Source: Planctomycetota bacterium (lineage in GTDB: Bacteria > Planctomycetota > UBA8108 > SXIK01). Taken from it: a stretch of 64,000 bases of DNA. The notes beneath the pieces are model-generated. The model was given only the letters and a program-made list of their open reading frames with translations. It was not told where the DNA came from and did no database searches. The position numbers and the translations under genes were made by a program. Below are positions 61,174-64,000 of the stretch, piece by piece. Within the stretch, counting starts at the first letter, position 1; each line of letters opens with the position of its first letter. Where the stretch lies: NCBI GenBank assembly GCA_965223265.1, contig OZ244999.1:7296001-7360000 (forward strand). Reading direction: 5' to 3'.

Positions 61174-62496
61174 TCAGACGCCGCGGCAAGCGTCGCCATT
61201 GACGTCGGCCATGTCGGACGCAAGACCGCGGATCCGTTGTCGCAGATTCTCGAGCTCGGCACGCTCCGCTTCGATCTGTTCTCGCACCGCCGCCGCGTGC
61301 AAACGTCGCGAGCGCATCGCCTTGAGCCAGGCATATGGCTGCAGCAGAGCTCGCACCTGGATTCGGCTGCGATTTTTGCCGTCACGCCCCTGACCGCCAC
61401 TCTGGACACCATTCTGAACACCATTCTGAACACCATTCTGAACACCAGCGTGCGGCTCGTCCGCAGTTCTGGGTCGATTCCCCCGATTCAAGGACCCCTG
61501 TGCCACGCGCGCCCGCTCGATACTTTTCTCGAGGTCGCTGGTGACGGTTGCCAAGTCGCGCAAAAAGTCGTGGCGCCTCTTCTCGGGCGTACTGCTTTCT
61601 GCATTGTCGGAGTCTCCACGCGAGGCCCGAGTCGCCTCGACGGCCAATCGCGCTGTGAGCTCGCCCACGGCGCAGCGCAGACTCGAGATACAAGCACGCT
61701 CCAAAGACCTCAGGCTCGCCGCCGCTGCCGCTCGCTCCTCTGCGAAACAGCGTCCCAGAAGTCGACTCTCCGCCTCGATCGAACGAGAAGCGCCGACGGC
61801 TTGCTGGCACTGCGCAACTGCTTCGTCACTTACACGCTGTAATGCCGCCAGGGACTGCGCTTGCAGTCGCTTCAAGACCTCGGCCGCAGCGCGGCGCTCT
61901 GCCACCAGCGATTGTCCCAAAAGCCGACTATCGGTTTCCAGCGTAGCGCGAAGGTCCGCAACCTCCGCGCAGCGCAGCCCGAGGTGCCGCAGTTCGGTCT
62001 CTATGCGCTGGAGGACGTCGTCACGTACCGCCAGCTCTCTCTCCACGACCTCTGCCTGAACGCGAACGGCCCGCTCAAGAGGTTCAAGGCGTTCTTCCAA
62101 CGCGCGCTCAATTCGTGTCAGCCTCTCGCTGACTGCATGGCTCACGCTACGCTCGACGCCGCACTCGAGGTCGCGAACCGCGCGCTGAATGACGTCGACC
62201 ACCTCGTGGCGACTCCAGCGGCTGTCGCGAAAGAACAAACGAGCGAGACTCCACCCACGACCGCGGCCTCGTCCCTGTGACGCGAGACTCTGGCTAAGCA
62301 TCGAGGACGCGCCTTGAATGCCAGGCGCGCCGCCCGACGGGGGCGAAGTACCGAAGGCGGCACTCGACTCCGGCGATCGGCGGTTGACGTGGGCGTCCGC
62401 ACCATCGTTATCGTTACGGACGAGCTCGGCGCCGGAGCGACACAGAGAAGCGCCATCCGTCTCGACGCCAGCCACGCCGTTTCGTGAGGTCCTCAT
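61174..62496 (-). CDS. hypothetical alpha-helical/coiled-coil protein with internal duplication
   Basis: Long ORF with purine-rich RBS before ATG 62496; heptad-like helices; internal repeat of about 50 aa; no recognisable domain. Confidence 0.55.
   Translation of the reverse strand: MRTSRNGVAGVETDGASLCRSGAELVRNDNDGADAHVNRRSPESSAAFGTSPPSGGAPGIQGASSMLSQSLASQGRGRGRGWSLARLFFRDSRWSRHEVVDVIQRAVRDLECGVERSVSHAVSERLTRIERALEERLEPLERAVRVQAEVVERELAVRDDVLQRIETELRHLGLRCAEVADLRATLETDSRLLGQSLVAERRAAAEVLKRLQAQSLAALQRVSDEAVAQCQQAVGASRSIEAESRLLGRCFAEERAAAAASLRSLERACISSLRCAVGELTARLAVEATRASRGDSDNAESSTPEKRRHDFLRDLATVTSDLEKSIERARVAQGSLNRGNRPRTADEPHAGVQNGVQNGVQNGVQSGGQGRDGKNRSRIQVRALLQPYAWLKAMRSRRLHAAAVREQIEAERAELENLRQRIRGLASDMADVNGDACRGV
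61394..61446. repeat. 12-bp tandem repeat (ACACCATTCTGA) x3 plus partial units
   Basis: Directly visible; encodes (GVQN)n in frame on the minus strand. Confidence 0.9.
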
Positions 62497-62541
62497 GGGT
62501 ATCTCTTCAATTCCTCTCTTCGCGTCCTGAGCAGCGCTCAA

Positions 62542-62620
62542 CAGCCGGTTGAAAAGTCATGCGGCTGAGACACCGGGCCCCTTCACGCCCAGATCGGCTG
62601 CGATCTTCTTTTCAACGGCG
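62542..62620. mobile_element. family A element, internally deleted/decayed copy
   Basis: CAGCCGGTTGAAAAGTCAT..GGCTGAGA...CTTCACGCCCAGATCGGC then CTTTTCAACGG. Confidence 0.65.
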
Positions 62621-62769
62621 GATTATACCAACCGCGTCGATGGCCTCAACCGCCGCTGATCGACGATGCGTTTACCGATAAAGTCATAGTGGCAACGGCG
62701 CATACCGTCGTGAACCTCGCGAGCGACAGCGAACCACGCAAAGAGACAGCAGATCGAACGCCGCCGGTC

Positions 62770-63864
62770 TCACCCACCGCGGCGCAGCCGGGCGGCCGCG
62801 ACCTCGGGCGGACATGGGTTGAGATAAACTCCAGCGCCGAGCTCAAACCCAGCCAACTGCGCCGTCCGCGGCAGGATCTCGAAGTGCCAGTGAAACGCAC
62901 TAAACTCGTCGACGGAAGCGCTGCGCATGTCAGCAGCCACAGGCGCGCTGTAGAGAATCACGTTGAAGTCAGCCCCCGCGAGTACCGTCTCAAGCCGCCG
63001 ACAACATCCCGAGAGCAGCTGCGCGATCGACTCGAGTTGCTGGTCATCCGTGAGACTGAAGCGGCTCTCGTGAGCCACGGGCATGATCCACTGCTCATAG
63101 GGGAAACGACTGGCGTAGGGGCAGTACGCGATGCAATCGCCGATCGTCGCGATCACTCGTGCGCCGCCGCGCCGTTCATGCTCGACCTCACGACAGAGAA
63201 GACAGTCACCGCGTTCAGCCTGAAAGTGATCAAAGCGCTCACACTGACGCGAGACTAGAGGAGGAATCTTCGTCGCTGCCATGATCTGGGAGTGAGGATG
63301 CTCGATCGTCGCACCCGACAGCAAACCGCAGTTGCGAAAGACCAGCACGTGCTCGATCGTTCCTCGAGCCTCAAGATCGAGCATGCGGTCGCGAAACGCT
63401 GTCAGCACGGCGATCAACTGGGACTGCGAAAAGCTGCGCAGTTGGGCGTTGTGCTCTGGCGTTTCGACCACCACCTCGTGAAAACCTGCGGCAACCGTTT
63501 CTCCCGCAACGACCGCCGTCTGCAAAGGGTTGATAGGCGCCGACGGCGTCGACTCGCCCGTTGATCGATCCCGCGAACTGCGCGACTCGACTTCGCCTGC
63601 GCAAGTGGAGGCACGAAGAGCGGGATACTTGTTGGGTATGACGCGCACGCGCCAGTCGCTACCGCTCCGAGCCTCTCCTGGCACCGTCAACACTGCGTCC
63701 GGCGTCTCCATCTCGCGACCCGGACAGAAGGGGCACAGGCCGCCCGCTTCGCGTGGTGCCAGCAGTTGCCGGACCCGTTCAGCCCCAGGTCGCGTAGCAC
63801 GCTCCGGGGCGACGATTACCCGAGTTTCCAAGAGAGGGTTTTGGCGGTATTCGGGCGGGGCCAT
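62770..63864 (-). CDS. galT: galactose-1-phosphate uridylyltransferase family (GalT/HIT-like)
   Basis: APERATRP, CPFCPG.E, VIPNKYPAL, HEVVVETP.H, EHPHSQI, FHWHFEILPR, AGFELG; ORF open to 63921. Confidence 0.9.
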   Translation of the reverse strand: MAPPEYRQNPLLETRVIVAPERATRPGAERVRQLLAPREAGGLCPFCPGREMETPDAVLTVPGEARSGSDWRVRVIPNKYPALRASTCAGEVESRSSRDRSTGESTPSAPINPLQTAVVAGETVAAGFHEVVVETPEHNAQLRSFSQSQLIAVLTAFRDRMLDLEARGTIEHVLVFRNCGLLSGATIEHPHSQIMAATKIPPLVSRQCERFDHFQAERGDCLLCREVEHERRGGARVIATIGDCIAYCPYASRFPYEQWIMPVAHESRFSLTDDQQLESIAQLLSGCCRRLETVLAGADFNVILYSAPVAADMRSASVDEFSAFHWHFEILPRTAQLAGFELGAGVYLNPCPPEVAAARLRRGG

Positions 63865-64000
63865 GACGATCTCTGAAGTCTCCGGCAATGTCACGCGTAG
63901 CGTCTGGGGCCAGACCACCATGAAGGAGCTCGGCGCTCCAGCTACGCACCTCGGCGCAAGAACCTTGCAAGCTGCGCATCATCAGGCGATAGTCTAGCCT

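Noticed and set aside
61394-61446. CRISPR array
   Set aside because: 12-bp tandem units without spacers; no cas genes in the window.

Overview
GC-rich bacterial chromosomal window with about 45 CDSs. A Planctomycetota-like diderm origin is an inference from gene content and style, not proven. It contains housekeeping genes (ribBA, purH, thiC with a TPP riboswitch, dimeric glyQS, scpA, fmt, rsmB, panB, glgC, galT-like, DEAD-box helicase, sugar ABC transporter). At 4.3-20 kb lies a lipid/envelope cluster: squalene-hopene cyclase plus hpnG converge on an overlapping three-gene operon (HpnN/MMPL RND transporter, PhnD-like periplasmic binding protein, TatT/TPR-like lipoprotein). That operon mirrors the BstA/B/C sterol-trafficking architecture but sits beside a hopanoid cyclase, and is the best candidate for an undescribed system. 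A YdbH-like bridge protein and a YnbE/YdbL-like fusion follow nearby. Also found: a 40-aa ribosomal protein bTHX gene missed by the ORF track, two families of non-autonomous inverted-repeat elements (one with at least 5 copies and mosaic cores), and two apparently degenerate enzymes. No rRNA, tRNA, CRISPR array or transposase was seen. All protein calls come from motif recognition by eye; no searches were run.
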